Below are positions 1 through 10,139 of a stretch of DNA of 51,780 bases, piece after piece. The position numbers were made by a program, and so were the translations under genes. The stretch is taken from sequence record DRR723986_8715; one strand, given 5' to 3'. Numbering within the stretch: the stretch's first letter is position 1; each line of letters starts with the position of its first letter. Under the pieces are notes generated by a model. The model had not been told where the DNA came from, did not search any database, and worked only from the letters and a program-made list of their open reading frames with translations.

Positions 1-1
1 G

Positions 2-2437
2 GCAGAAGCAGACAAACTAGGTTGGTTTATAAATACAGTTACAGAACCTGTACTAGCCAAAGAAAAACAGGTAGTAAAAAATGAAAAGCGACAGCGAGTT
101 GACAATCAACCGTATGGTCATAATTCTTTTATTATTAATAAAAATCTGTATCCAGAAGGACACCCTTATAGTTGGGAGGTGATTGGTTCATTAGAAGATT
201 TGCAAAATGCAACCTTAGAGGACGTTAAAGAATTTTATAGAAGATGGTATGTACCAAATAACGTCACCTTAACAATTGCCGGAGATATTGATGTAGAGCA
301 AACCAAAACTTGGATAAAGAAATACTTTGATGAAATTCCTCGTGGAGAGAATATACCAGTAATGGAAAAACAACCCGTAAACTTAAAATCATCAAAAAGG
401 TTGTACTACGAAGATAATTTTGCACGTCTACCAAGGTTAAGTATGGCTTGGCCAGGAGTACCTCAATACCACGAAGATTCTTATGCTTTAAATGTACTTT
501 TAGATTATCTATGTAACGGAAAAAAAGCACCATTGAATAAAGTATTAATAGACGATTTAAAACTTACGGACAACGTCTCTTTTTATCAATATAGCTCAGA
601 GGTTGCAGGGCAATTAATGCTAGGTATTACTGCGTTTAATGAAACTGATTTAAATTCAGTAATGGCAGGTATCAAAAATGGTTTCAAGGATTTTGAAAAT
701 AATGGAATTTCTGGTGATAATTTAAATAGAATTAAAGCTGGACAGGAAACTCAATTTTACGAAGGCTTATCTAGTGTTTTAGGTAAAGGTTTTCAACTAG
801 CACAATATGAAATTTTTGCTGGTGATCCTGGATTTATCAACCAAGATGTAAAGAATATATTAGCCGTAACATCAGGTGATGTTATGAGAGTTTATAACAA
901 ATACTTAAAAGACAAAAATTTTGTAGCCACAAGTTTTGTCCCTAAAGGTCAAGTCAATCTAGTTCTTGAAAATTCGCAATTGGCTAATGTAGTTGAGGAA
1001 AAAATTATTGAAGGTGCAGAAGAATCATTTGATCCAAGTATTGTAGCTACTTACAAAAAGACTCCTAGCAGTTTCGGCCGAAGCATAGAGCCGCCTTATG
1101 GAGATAACCCTGAACTAAATATTCCAGAAGTATGGAAGCACAGTATGGATTCTGGCATCAATGTTTTTGGAATTGAAAATGACGAAGTGCCTTTAGTGCA
1201 ATTTCAAATGCAAATTAATGGAGGGCTTCTTTTAGAGAATAAAGATAAAGTAGGTGTTTCTAATTTGCTCGCTAACCTTATGACAAAAGGTACCAAAACT
1301 AAAACTACGGAACAACTTCAAAATGCCATTGAGAGTTTGGGTGCCAGTATTAGTGCTTACGCAACAGATGATAATATTACTATATCTGGGACTACATTGT
1401 CAAAACACTTTGACGCTACTATGGCTTTGGTTTCTGAAATATTATTAGAACCAAGATGGGACAATAATGAATTTGAATTATTAAAACAAAGTACAATTAG
1501 CGGTATTCAAAGACGTAAGGCCAACCCAAATAGTATAGCCTCAAATGAATTTGCAAAACTGCTGTACGGAGATAAAAATATCTTAGCTTATAGTAATAGT
1601 GGCACAGAAGATTCTGTAGAGAACATAACCATCTTAGATTTACAGAATTATTACAAGAACAACTTATCACCTCAACTTACTAATGTGCATGTTGTAGGTA
1701 ATATTGCCAAGGCAAAGGTAATAGACGCCTTAAGTACACTTAATACTAACTGGGCATCTAAGGATATAACTTTACCAGAGTTGCCTTTACCACTATTTCC
1801 TGAAACTTCAAAAGTCTACTTCTATGATGTTCCTGGTGCAAAGCAGTCTGTAATTCGTTTTGGTTACCCTGCATTAAAAGCAACAGATGAAGATTATTAT
1901 ACTGCTTCCGTAATGAATTACCGCTTAGGTGGTGGTGGATTTGCATCGCAATTAACACAAGAACTAAGAGAAGGCAAGGGATATACTTATGGTATAAGAT
2001 CTAGATTTTCTGGTACAGAAAACAAAGGAGATTTTACCATAAGTAGTGGCATCCGTACTAATGTAACCTATGAAGCAACAAGCTTAGTTAAAGAGATTTT
2101 GGAAAATTATGGTAAAAACTATTCTGAAAACGATCTAGAAGTAACTAAAGGATATACTATAAAGAGTACCGCACGAGCATTTGAGACGCTAGGATCAAAA
2201 TTAAATATGCTTACAAATATTAGTAATTATGGTTTTGTAGATGACTATGCTAAACAACGCGAAACTATTGTAAATAACTTAACAATAGAGGACGTTAAAG
2301 CCTTAATTGAAAAGTACATTAAACCAAATCAAATGATTTATTTAATTATTGGAGATGCAGCAACACAGTTAGATAAATTAGAAGCATTAGGCTTTGGTAA
2401 GCCGGTTTTATTAAATGATAAAAACCCAAATCAATAG
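2..2437 (+). CDS. M16 family zinc peptidase (pitrilysin/insulinase-like), 5'-truncated by window edge
   Basis: The frame is open from base 2 (AEADKLGWFINTVT...EKQVVKNEKRQRVDNQPYG...HPYSWEVIGS). It has M16 inactive-domain patterns and the C-terminal LREGKGYTY motif. The HXXEH motif presumably lies upstream of the window. Confidence 0.9.
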   Translation, partial: AEADKLGWFINTVTEPVLAKEKQVVKNEKRQRVDNQPYGHNSFIINKNLYPEGHPYSWEVIGSLEDLQNATLEDVKEFYRRWYVPNNVTLTIAGDIDVEQTKTWIKKYFDEIPRGENIPVMEKQPVNLKSSKRLYYEDNFARLPRLSMAWPGVPQYHEDSYALNVLLDYLCNGKKAPLNKVLIDDLKLTDNVSFYQYSSEVAGQLMLGITAFNETDLNSVMAGIKNGFKDFENNGISGDNLNRIKAGQETQFYEGLSSVLGKGFQLAQYEIFAGDPGFINQDVKNILAVTSGDVMRVYNKYLKDKNFVATSFVPKGQVNLVLENSQLANVVEEKIIEGAEESFDPSIVATYKKTPSSFGRSIEPPYGDNPELNIPEVWKHSMDSGINVFGIENDEVPLVQFQMQINGGLLLENKDKVGVSNLLANLMTKGTKTKTTEQLQNAIESLGASISAYATDDNITISGTTLSKHFDATMALVSEILLEPRWDNNEFELLKQSTISGIQRRKANPNSIASNEFAKLLYGDKNILAYSNSGTEDSVENITILDLQNYYKNNLSPQLTNVHVVGNIAKAKVIDALSTLNTNWASKDITLPELPLPLFPETSKVYFYDVPGAKQSVIRFGYPALKATDEDYYTASVMNYRLGGGGFASQLTQELREGKGYTYGIRSRFSGTENKGDFTISSGIRTNVTYEATSLVKEILENYGKNYSENDLEVTKGYTIKSTARAFETLGSKLNMLTNISNYGFVDDYAKQRETIVNNLTIEDVKALIEKYIKPNQMIYLIIGDAATQLDKLEALGFGKPVLLNDKNPNQ

Positions 2438-2440
2438 ATT

Positions 2441-2794
2441 ATGCTTAAAGAAGTTCATCCTAAATTACCAATGCGAAATAAAGTCATTACTAAAGACTTC
2501 TACAACCATAAATTAGGATTTATAGAAGTTGGTGATATTTATCCTCACTACTTAATGGTAAAAAAGGATAATATAGAAATTCATTTTTTTGAATTTAAAG
2601 ACCTAAATCCTTCAGAGAATTATGGACAAATCTATATAAGGGTAAAACAGATTGACAAATTATATCAATCGTATTTAGATAGAAATATTTCCATTCATCC
2701 AAATGGCCCATTAGAAACGAAACCTTGGGGACAAAAAGAGTTTTCAATATTAGATCCGGATAATAACCTATTAACTTTTGGCGAAAAGGAATAA
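2441..2794 (+). CDS. VOC/glyoxalase-bleomycin resistance family protein
   Basis: 117 aa with FY..KLGF near the N-terminus and the C-terminal KPWGQKEFSILDPDNNLLTF motif. Confidence 0.85.
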   Translation: MLKEVHPKLPMRNKVITKDFYNHKLGFIEVGDIYPHYLMVKKDNIEIHFFEFKDLNPSENYGQIYIRVKQIDKLYQSYLDRNISIHPNGPLETKPWGQKEFSILDPDNNLLTFGEKE

Positions 2795-2841
2795 AAATCA
2801 TTGTTTTTAGTATATTTAAGTACAACTAAAATCAATACATT

Positions 2842-3216
2842 ATGAAACTAGGAGCATTTTCAGTTAGTCTTGCTGTAAAAGATATTAAGGCCTCTAAATC
2901 GTTCTATGAAGCTTTAGGATTTTCAGTCTTCGCTGGTGACCTTGATAAAAACTATCTTATTATGAAAAATGAATCTACCTTAATTGGTTTGTTTCAAGGT
3001 ATGTTTGAAAATAATATTCTCACCTTTAATCCTGGCTGGGATCAAGATGCAAATACGCTAGAATCATATAATGATGTTCGTGAAATTCAAAAACATCTCA
3101 AATCAAAAGACGTGACCTTTGCAAGTGAAGTAGAATCAGACTCAGAGTCTGGTCCAGCTAGTTTTGTTGTACTAGATCCTGATGGTAATGCTATACTAAT
3201 CGACCAACATATTTGA
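2842..3216 (+). CDS. VOC family protein (lactoylglutathione lyase-like)
   Basis: SLAVKDIKASKSFYEALGF ... DPDGNAILIDQH. Confidence 0.85.
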   Translation: MKLGAFSVSLAVKDIKASKSFYEALGFSVFAGDLDKNYLIMKNESTLIGLFQGMFENNILTFNPGWDQDANTLESYNDVREIQKHLKSKDVTFASEVESDSESGPASFVVLDPDGNAILIDQHI

Positions 3217-3218
3217 TA

Positions 3219-3545
3219 ATGACTTGGGAGGACGCATTAAAAACTTATGATGCTATTGAAGAGTCATGCAAAGGCTTTGATCGTAAAGGTAAAAACATGA
3301 TATACACCTCTTCAAACGGTTATATGTTTACTTTATTAAATAAAGCAGCTTAAATAGGTATTCGTTTACCAAAAGCGGAAACCGCTGCATTTATGGTGAA
3401 GTTTGATACAGGACCTTACTATTCTTACGGTGCAAAGATGAAAGATTATGTTTTAGTTCCAGAATCACTTTGGACAGATAAAAAACTTATGGTAAACTTT
3501 TTTGAACAAAGCTTTGCTTACGTCAATAGCCTTCCACCTAAATAA
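3219..3545 (+). pseudogene. Disrupted TfoX-N-like hypothetical protein (108 codons, in-frame TAA at 3351-3353)
   Basis: Reads MTWEDALKTYDAIEESCKGFDRKGKNMIYTSSNGYMFTLLNKAA*IGIRLPKAETAAFMVKFDTGPYYSYGAKMKDYVLVPESLWTDKKLMVNFFEQSFAYVNSLPPK*. It fills the gap between two + strand genes exactly and is missing from the ORF track. Confidence 0.8.
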
Positions 3546-3557
3546 TACCTTAAAATT

Positions 3558-4100
3558 ATGAGTGACGCATTACAAACAATGATTAATAATATGCCAGAAA
3601 AAACTGGTAAGTCTTTAGAGGAATGGAAAAAAATACTAAAAGCAAAAGCTTTTGCTAAACATTCTGAAGGTGTTAAATTTTTAAAATCAGAACATGGTGT
3701 TACGCACGGTTTTGCCAATACTATCGTAACCCTTTCTAAAGAAGAAAATAATTCTGAGGACGATTTAGTAGCTAATCAATATAAAGGCAAAGAAAGCCTC
3801 TTCCCTATTTATAACAAGCTTTTACCAATTCTTAAAGGATTGGGTAATGATGTGACTATAACGCCAAAAAAGACGAGCGTCAGTATTATAAGAAAACGTC
3901 AGTTTGTATTAATAAAACCAGCTACCAAAACCAGAATTGATCTAGGACTTAAACTACCAGAAAAACCAACTACAGATAGGCTTGGTAACTCAGGCCCTTT
4001 CGGCACGATGTGCACACATAGAGTACAACTTACATCATTAGATGAAGTGGACGAAGAATTAATTGGATGGATAAAAGAAGCCTACGATAAATCTATATAG
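3558..4100 (+). CDS. DUF4287/DUF5655 domain protein
   Basis: N-terminal EKTGKSLEEW...LKSEHGVTHGFANTI and C-terminal DEVDEELIGWIKEAY. Confidence 0.75.
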   Translation: MSDALQTMINNMPEKTGKSLEEWKKILKAKAFAKHSEGVKFLKSEHGVTHGFANTIVTLSKEENNSEDDLVANQYKGKESLFPIYNKLLPILKGLGNDVTITPKKTSVSIIRKRQFVLIKPATKTRIDLGLKLPEKPTTDRLGNSGPFGTMCTHRVQLTSLDEVDEELIGWIKEAYDKSI

Positions 4101-4142
4101 ACAATCCTTGTCAATTACCTTTAAAATAGTACTAATAGGTGT

Positions 4143-4150
4143 TATCTTTG
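4143..4150 (+). promoter_or_regulatory. Bacteroidota housekeeping -7 element (TAnnTTTG)
   Basis: TATCTTTG 26 nt upstream of the 4177 ATG. Confidence 0.6.
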
Positions 4151-4176
4151 CATTAAAGCGATCTTAATAATTTATA

Positions 4177-4866
4177 ATGCCACAAACTACTGTTATTTCA
4201 TTTTTTCAATATACTGGATTGAGAAATAAGTGGAATGCTTTTGTTAGAATGGGAAGACCTCCTTTGCTAAAAACCTCTGCTGAAGGTCTTACTTTTTGGA
4301 AAGCCCTGGGAAGTGGCAGTGGTAATGGATTTTCTATCTGGCCCGATTTCTCAACCTTTGGATTATTGACTGTTTTTAATTCTGAAGATGAAGCAACAAA
4401 CTTTATAAATTCAGAGGTCATTGCTAAATACACAAAAAACGCTACAAAACATAGCCATGTGTTAATGCATTCTATAAAAGCCCATGGAAAGTGGAGTCAA
4501 CAAGAACCATTTATCGCCTCTATAAAATATGATGAGTCTAAACCATTAGCCGTAATTACCAGAGCTACTATTAAACCCAAGTTGGCGCATAAATTTTGGA
4601 AATACGTTCCTTCAGTTTCCAAATCAATGGATAATCATAAAGGCTTAGTCTATTCAAAAGGAATTGGTGAATGGCCAATTTTAATGCAAGCTACATTTTC
4701 CTTATGGGAAAAAGGAGACGATATGATGGCCTATGCCTATAAAAACAAGAAACATGCAGAAATGGTTAAAAAAACAAGAGAACTGGGTTGGTATTCTGAA
4801 GAATTATTTTCGCGATTTCATCCTTTTGAAATTCGAGGAGAATTGATAAGCTATAAAATTAACTGA
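4177..4866 (+). CDS. crtA: CrtA-like carotenoid monooxygenase/hydroxylase (spheroidene monooxygenase family, DUF3291-like)
   Basis: Motifs WKALGSGSGNGFSIWPDF, GIGEWPILMQATFSLW and GWYSEELFSRF. Confidence 0.7.
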   Translation: MPQTTVISFFQYTGLRNKWNAFVRMGRPPLLKTSAEGLTFWKALGSGSGNGFSIWPDFSTFGLLTVFNSEDEATNFINSEVIAKYTKNATKHSHVLMHSIKAHGKWSQQEPFIASIKYDESKPLAVITRATIKPKLAHKFWKYVPSVSKSMDNHKGLVYSKGIGEWPILMQATFSLWEKGDDMMAYAYKNKKHAEMVKKTRELGWYSEELFSRFHPFEIRGELISYKIN

Positions 4867-4926
4867 TTATTGCTATTATAATACTGTCTTAAAAAGTATA
4901 CAACTAAAAATAACATAGATAGTTAA

Positions 4927-4952
4927 TAAAACTATTTTTAGATGATTTCGTC
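4927..4952 (+). promoter_or_regulatory. Putative ECF sigma promoter TAAAAC-N16-CGTC
   Basis: Same spacing and -10 element as the motifs at 31127, 33695, 41621 and 41679. Confidence 0.45.
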
Positions 4953-5067
4953 TTTCAGGGTTCATGTTTGTAAGGTCTTTAACATACAGACACATAAGAG
5001 TTGATAAAGTCACGTGTGGTAACTGTCATCTATCTAAATAAGAGGTAATAACATCCTTTATGTTAAT

Positions 5068-5086
5068 GTTTGACATTAGTTTGACA
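5068..5086 (+). promoter_or_regulatory. GTTTGACA direct repeat with 11-bp period (winged-helix regulator-type box)
   Basis: GTTTGACA at 5068 and 5079, upstream of a TATATTTG -7 box at 5130-5137. Confidence 0.45.
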
Positions 5087-5155
5087 CTTTTTTCACACTT
5101 CATTTGATAGGATAAGTGAGTTACGCCACTATATTTGGTAAAAACAGTTAATAAT

Positions 5156-5959
5156 ATGAAAAACTACAATTACATTTTCAGTATCCTTACAACCTTCGTT
5201 GGGCTATTCATTTTAGGTTGTGCGTATGACAATAATCGTACAGAAAACGTATCCAATAATGAAACGCTAGTAGCACAAACTCAAAATGTAGAAGGGCCAA
5301 AAGTAACTCGAGATATAGACCTCTATTATTGAGTTGACGCTCGATTTGCACCAGTCAATAAGGAAAAAGTACATAAGGCAACATCTATTTATGACTTTCT
5401 TAATGATGGCGAAAAAGAGCAAATAGAGCAAATTAAATCAGTAGATGTAATTATTGTAAAAGACAATCAGCTATCTCATATTTATGCAACAGGAACATCT
5501 GATGTACTCGCCGAAGAGCAACAAAGCATCCTGAAATCAACAGATTGTTTTAGTCATTTTACCGTAAGAACAGAATTTATTGGAAAGAATGAAAAAACTG
5601 GCGAATTAGAAGATCGTTTTTTCGGCCCACACATTACTGTAGTTCCACATAAACAGGCTAGTTATGTAGATGGTAATGACGCATTGATTGAATATCTCAG
5701 AATGAATAGTCAAGAGAGCATGAGCGTTATTGAAGGAGATAAAATTGGCGCAATAAAGCTGAGTTTTACAGTTACAAAGGATGGAAATGTATCTAATGTT
5801 ATGCACGATGCTATGACAACTGGTTATCCGACAATTGATAATAAGTTTATTGAGCTATTAAAAAATATACCGGGTAAATGGATACCTGCTGAAAATAAAG
5901 ATGGAGAGAAATTAGACCAGGAATTGGTATTTACTTTTGTACCAAGAGACGGTTGTTAA
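5156..5959 (+). pseudogene. Lipoprotein with C-terminal TonB-C-like domain, disrupted by in-frame TGA at 5330-5332
   Basis: ORFs 5135-5332 and 5684-5959 are in the same frame with one stop between them (...IDLYY*VDARFAPV...). It has a lipobox-like ILGC and a C-terminal ASYVDGNDALIEYL...LSFTVTKDGNVSNV...WIPAENKDGEKL. Confidence 0.8.
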
Positions 5960-5960
5960 T

Positions 5961-7265
5961 TTAATTAATAACCTCAGCATACAAATCAAAATCCTCAGCT
6001 TCAATAACTTTTACTTTTGTAAACTCACCCGTTTTTAAATATGTTTTAGTTGCATCGATTAAAACTTCGTTATCTACATCTGGTGAATCAAATTCTGTTC
6101 GACCAACAAAATAATTACCTTCTTTTCTGTCTATAACCACTTTAAACTCCTGCCCTATTTTAGCTTGGTTAAGTTCCCATGAAATTTGAGATTGAATTTC
6201 CATAATCTCATTAGCACGTTGCATCTTAACATCTTCAGGTACATCGTCTTCAAGATTATAGGCATGTGTATTTTCTTCATGAGAATAGGTAAAACATCCT
6301 AAGCGCTCAAAACGCGTTTCCTTAACCCATTCTTTTAAAGTCTGAAAATCTTCTTCAGTTTCACCAGGATAACCAACTATTAGTGTAGTTCTAATGGTCA
6401 TTTCAGGTACTTTTGCCCTAAATTCATTCAATAACTTTGTGGTCTTTTCTTTTGTTGTGCCACGTCGCATACTCTTCAAAATGGAATCAGAAATATGCTG
6501 CAGTGGAATATCTAAATAGTTACAAATTTTAGGTTCGCGTTTCATTACATCTAATACATCCATAGGAAATCCTGTCGGAAATGCATAATGTAATCTTATC
6601 CATTCAATACCGTCAACTTTGACTAAATGTTCGAGTAATTCGGCAAGATTTCTCTTTTTGTATAAATCTAATCCGTAGTAGGTTAAATCTTGTGCAATAA
6701 GAATAAGTTCTTTAACACCATTGGCAGCTAATTTTTCAGCTTCGGTGACCAAATCTTCAATAGGCGTACTTTTGTGTTTTCCACGCATTAATGGTATTGC
6801 ACAAAAACTACAAGGTCTATCACAGCCTTCGGCTATTTTAAGGTAGGCGTAATTTTTTGGTGTAGTAGTTAAACGCTCACCGATTAACTCATGTTTATAA
6901 TCTGCACCTAGCGCTTTTAAAAGACTTGGCAATTCAGTTGTACCAAAATACTGATCTACATTTGGTATTTCTTCTTGTAAATCTGGTTTGTAACGTTCAC
7001 TTAAACAACCTGTAACAAACACCTTATCAACTTCACCAGCCTCTTTCTTTTGCATAAATTCCAGAATGGTATTAACACTCTCTTCTTTAGCATTATTTAT
7101 AAAACCACACGTATTTATCACAACGACATTACCATCTTGCTCATGTACTACATCCTTTCCACTTGCCTTAAGTTGTCCCATTAGCACCTCACTATCATAA
7201 ACATTCTTGCTACAGCCAAGTGTTACAACGTTAATTCTGTTTTTCTTAATGGTTTTTGTTCTCAT
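5961..7265 (-). CDS. rimO: Ribosomal protein S12 methylthiotransferase RimO
   Basis: LGCSKNVYDSE, NTCGFI, radical-SAM CDRPCSFC and a C-terminal TRAM domain. Start set at MRTKT, with a TATCTTTG promoter at 7287-7294. Confidence 0.95.
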   Translation of the reverse strand: MRTKTIKKNRINVVTLGCSKNVYDSEVLMGQLKASGKDVVHEQDGNVVVINTCGFINNAKEESVNTILEFMQKKEAGEVDKVFVTGCLSERYKPDLQEEIPNVDQYFGTTELPSLLKALGADYKHELIGERLTTTPKNYAYLKIAEGCDRPCSFCAIPLMRGKHKSTPIEDLVTEAEKLAANGVKELILIAQDLTYYGLDLYKKRNLAELLEHLVKVDGIEWIRLHYAFPTGFPMDVLDVMKREPKICNYLDIPLQHISDSILKSMRRGTTKEKTTKLLNEFRAKVPEMTIRTTLIVGYPGETEEDFQTLKEWVKETRFERLGCFTYSHEENTHAYNLEDDVPEDVKMQRANEIMEIQSQISWELNQAKIGQEFKVVIDRKEGNYFVGRTEFDSPDVDNEVLIDATKTYLKTGEFTKVKVIEAEDFDLYAEVIN

Positions 7266-7348
7266 ACTATTGCACAAATCAGTGCGCAAAGATACAATGT
7301 AAATTAAACCTTTAGTATATTTATAGGTCTTAAATAAGAAAGTTAATA

Positions 7349-8428
7349 ATGAAACTACTCCGATCTATCCTATTACTTATTTGTACCACTATTATTATAT
7401 CATGTTCTTCAGATACCAATAATGGACCAGATGAAAACCCATCCAATGAGGATATATACTTTCCGCCTTTAACAACTGATGTTTGGGAAAGTAAATCTTT
7501 AAATGAATTAAGCTGGGATGAGACACAACTTCAGCCTCTTTTAGACTATCTAGAAGATAAAAACAGTAAGAGTTTTATGATATTACATGATGGTAAAATT
7601 GTTGTTGAAGCCTATTTTGACGGACACACAAATACAACACCATGGTATTGGGCAAGTGCAGGTAAAACATTAACTACTGCAATTACTGGAATCGCTGAAG
7701 AAGAAGGTTTATTAAATATCAACGATAAAGTGTCTGACTACATTGGCGTTGGTTGGACCAGTGCACCTAGTGATAAAGAAGATTTAATTACTTGTAAAAA
7801 TCTATTATCTATGAATTCCGGATTGGATGATAGTATCGGCGACAATGTTTCACCAAACCATCTGCAGTATTTAGCTGATTCCGGTGATCGCTGGGCCTAC
7901 CATAATGTTTATGTAAAACTTCAGGATGTTGTTGCTTCGGCTAGCAATCAAACTTGGTCTAGTTATTTTAATACAAAACTAAGAGATAAAATAGGTATGA
8001 CAGGTGCCTGGATACAAAATGGTGACTTCAGTGTATATTGGAGTGCCACTCGCAGTATGGCTAGATTTGGATTATTGGCATACGCTAATGGAAAATGGGA
8101 AAATGAGCAAATAATTCCGTCTGATTACTTAAATGATGCAACCAACACTTCTCAAAATTTAAATGAGGCCTATGGTTACATGTGGTGGTTAAATGGAAAA
8201 ACATCGTTTAGGTTACCACAGTCTCAGATTGAGTTTAATTGTGAACTAATCCCAGATGCACCTAGCGATATGTACTCTGCCCTAGGAAAGAATGACCAAA
8301 AGATTTATGTTTCACCAAGCAAAAAATTAGTCGTTATTAGAATGGGTAATAGTGCAGACACTGAAAACTTTGCCTTGTCTGATTTTGATAACCAGCTTTG
8401 GTTACGAATAAACGCGCTGATAGACTAA
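7349..8428 (+). CDS. Serine hydrolase, beta-lactamase family, lipoprotein
   Basis: Lipobox IISC, SxxK motif (ASAGKT), YGYMWWLN and ALGKNDQKIYVSPSKKLVVIRMG. Confidence 0.85.
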   Translation: MKLLRSILLLICTTIIISCSSDTNNGPDENPSNEDIYFPPLTTDVWESKSLNELSWDETQLQPLLDYLEDKNSKSFMILHDGKIVVEAYFDGHTNTTPWYWASAGKTLTTAITGIAEEEGLLNINDKVSDYIGVGWTSAPSDKEDLITCKNLLSMNSGLDDSIGDNVSPNHLQYLADSGDRWAYHNVYVKLQDVVASASNQTWSSYFNTKLRDKIGMTGAWIQNGDFSVYWSATRSMARFGLLAYANGKWENEQIIPSDYLNDATNTSQNLNEAYGYMWWLNGKTSFRLPQSQIEFNCELIPDAPSDMYSALGKNDQKIYVSPSKKLVVIRMGNSADTENFALSDFDNQLWLRINALID

Positions 8429-10101
8429 TTATAATTTTTTGGTGCAACACGTGCTTTTGAAGCTTGCTCATATACGTAAGCCCATTCTAATAATTGCTTT
8501 TCCTGTAGTCGTTTAGCAATAAACGTTAATCCTTTTGGCACACCTTTATCCGTATAACCCATAGGCACCGTAATTGCAGGGTATTCCGCAACTGCAGCAA
8601 AGCCAGCGTGATAATTATTAATTGACAGAAAGCCATCTAAATTATTGGCTTGCATTGGCTTATTAAAGTACAGTAAACCATTTGTTTTTAGAGTATCTTT
8701 TATACGCTCTAAAAATTCCGCGTCACCAGTATCTTCAGCTATGCCTTTAAATAAATTTTGCCCATAAGGCATTGTATTCATAGAGTCTTTGCGATTAAAT
8801 ACCATAACATCTGAAACCGTTCTTAGAGAAATATCTCTACTTGCATAAGTATCCATGTAAGCTGGTAAGTCGTTCTTCATGTCAATATTTAGCAGTCGCA
8901 GAAAATTTGGAAGGCCAAGTTTTTCCTCCTCTATTTCAACAATTACTGCACCTTGTTGTTTCAATACTTTAAGAGCATTACTATATAACGAATCTTCTAG
9001 CAGGCGTTTAGGAGCACCAAATCGTTTGCCTTTAAGAGCGTCATTTTCATGCTTATCAAAATAACCATAAAACGTATTTTGGTTGATTGACTTTGAATCT
9101 GATTGATCATAACCACATATGGCGCTAAGAACTATACCAGTATCTCTCACTGATCTGGTGATTGGTCCTGCTGTATCTAAAGTTGAAGAAATTGGTACAA
9201 TACCACTGCGACTTACCAATCCGATAGTAGGTTTTAAACCCACTGTAGAATTCTGGCTGGCAGGTGATAAAATGGAACCTGATGTTTCGCTACCTATTGC
9301 AGCTGCACAAAAATTAGCAGCAACTGCAACTCCACTACCTGAGCTAGAACCACCTGTGTCAATAATTCGTCTTCCATATGGGTTTAAAGTTTGTCCACCA
9401 ACAGCTGAATAACCACTTGGACATTCGCCACAAAAGAAATAAGCCCATTCACTAAGATTGGCTTTACCTAAAATTAAAGCATCGTTTGATTTCAATTGCT
9501 TTACTATGTAAGCATCATTGGTAAAATTATCTTTTAATGCGACAGCTCCAGCAGTTGTTGGCATACCAGAGGCGTTAATGTTATCTTTCAGTAAAATAGG
9601 CATTCCGTAAATTGGATGCTTACTCAATCCTCTCTCTATAAAATCGCGATCTTTTATTTTGGCCTCTTTAATAACATTTGGATTTATTGAAATCACTGAA
9701 TTCAATGCTAATGGATTTTCTCTATCAAACTTTCTTATGCGATATAAATAAAACTTCACTAACTCTTCGTAAGTAAATTTATTTGCAGTTCTACGAACTT
9801 GTAATTCTGTGATATCACGTTCTAAGATGTGTGATTTTAAGCGGTTATAATCCTCTTCATTAAAGTCTGCCATCTGAGGGTTAATTTCATCCCAGATTTC
9901 TGCTTTAGTCAGATTCTCAGAATCTAATACTTCAAATTCTCGAAAATCTTTGGTGGAAATCGCCTCTAAATCATTTTCAGATTTGTCCTTCTGAGTCTCT
10001 ACGGTTTCAGACTTAGATATTGGCTCTCTGGCTTCTCCCGCTTCAGAATTTTTGCAAGAGCTTATAATTAATAAAACAAATAAGAATATGAAGTTACGCA
10101 T
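8425..10101 (-). CDS. Amidase signature family lipoprotein
   Basis: GMPILLKDNI, GGSSSGS and GSETSGSI amidase signature; lipobox ISSC. Confidence 0.9.
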   Translation of the reverse strand: MRNFIFLFVLLIISSCKNSEAGEAREPISKSETVETQKDKSENDLEAISTKDFREFEVLDSENLTKAEIWDEINPQMADFNEEDYNRLKSHILERDITELQVRRTANKFTYEELVKFYLYRIRKFDRENPLALNSVISINPNVIKEAKIKDRDFIERGLSKHPIYGMPILLKDNINASGMPTTAGAVALKDNFTNDAYIVKQLKSNDALILGKANLSEWAYFFCGECPSGYSAVGGQTLNPYGRRIIDTGGSSSGSGVAVAANFCAAAIGSETSGSILSPASQNSTVGLKPTIGLVSRSGIVPISSTLDTAGPITRSVRDTGIVLSAICGYDQSDSKSINQNTFYGYFDKHENDALKGKRFGAPKRLLEDSLYSNALKVLKQQGAVIVEIEEEKLGLPNFLRLLNIDMKNDLPAYMDTYASRDISLRTVSDVMVFNRKDSMNTMPYGQNLFKGIAEDTGDAEFLERIKDTLKTNGLLYFNKPMQANNLDGFLSINNYHAGFAAVAEYPAITVPMGYTDKGVPKGLTFIAKRLQEKQLLEWAYVYEQASKARVAPKNYN

Positions 10102-10139
10102 GATTGGTATTTTTTTTATAAAAATACAAAATGCTTCAC

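Noticed and set aside
5330-5359. Selenocysteine readthrough at the TGA, with a weak downstream hairpin (GTTGAC/GTCAAT)
   Set aside because: The stem is short, the context is not a redox motif and no Sec machinery is visible here; a nonsense mutation is simpler.
7349-8428. Beta-lactamase-like and VanX-like (44749-45429) genes as acquired antibiotic resistance
   Set aside because: Both are common chromosomal families; there is no van cluster or mobile context, and activity cannot be inferred from the motifs.
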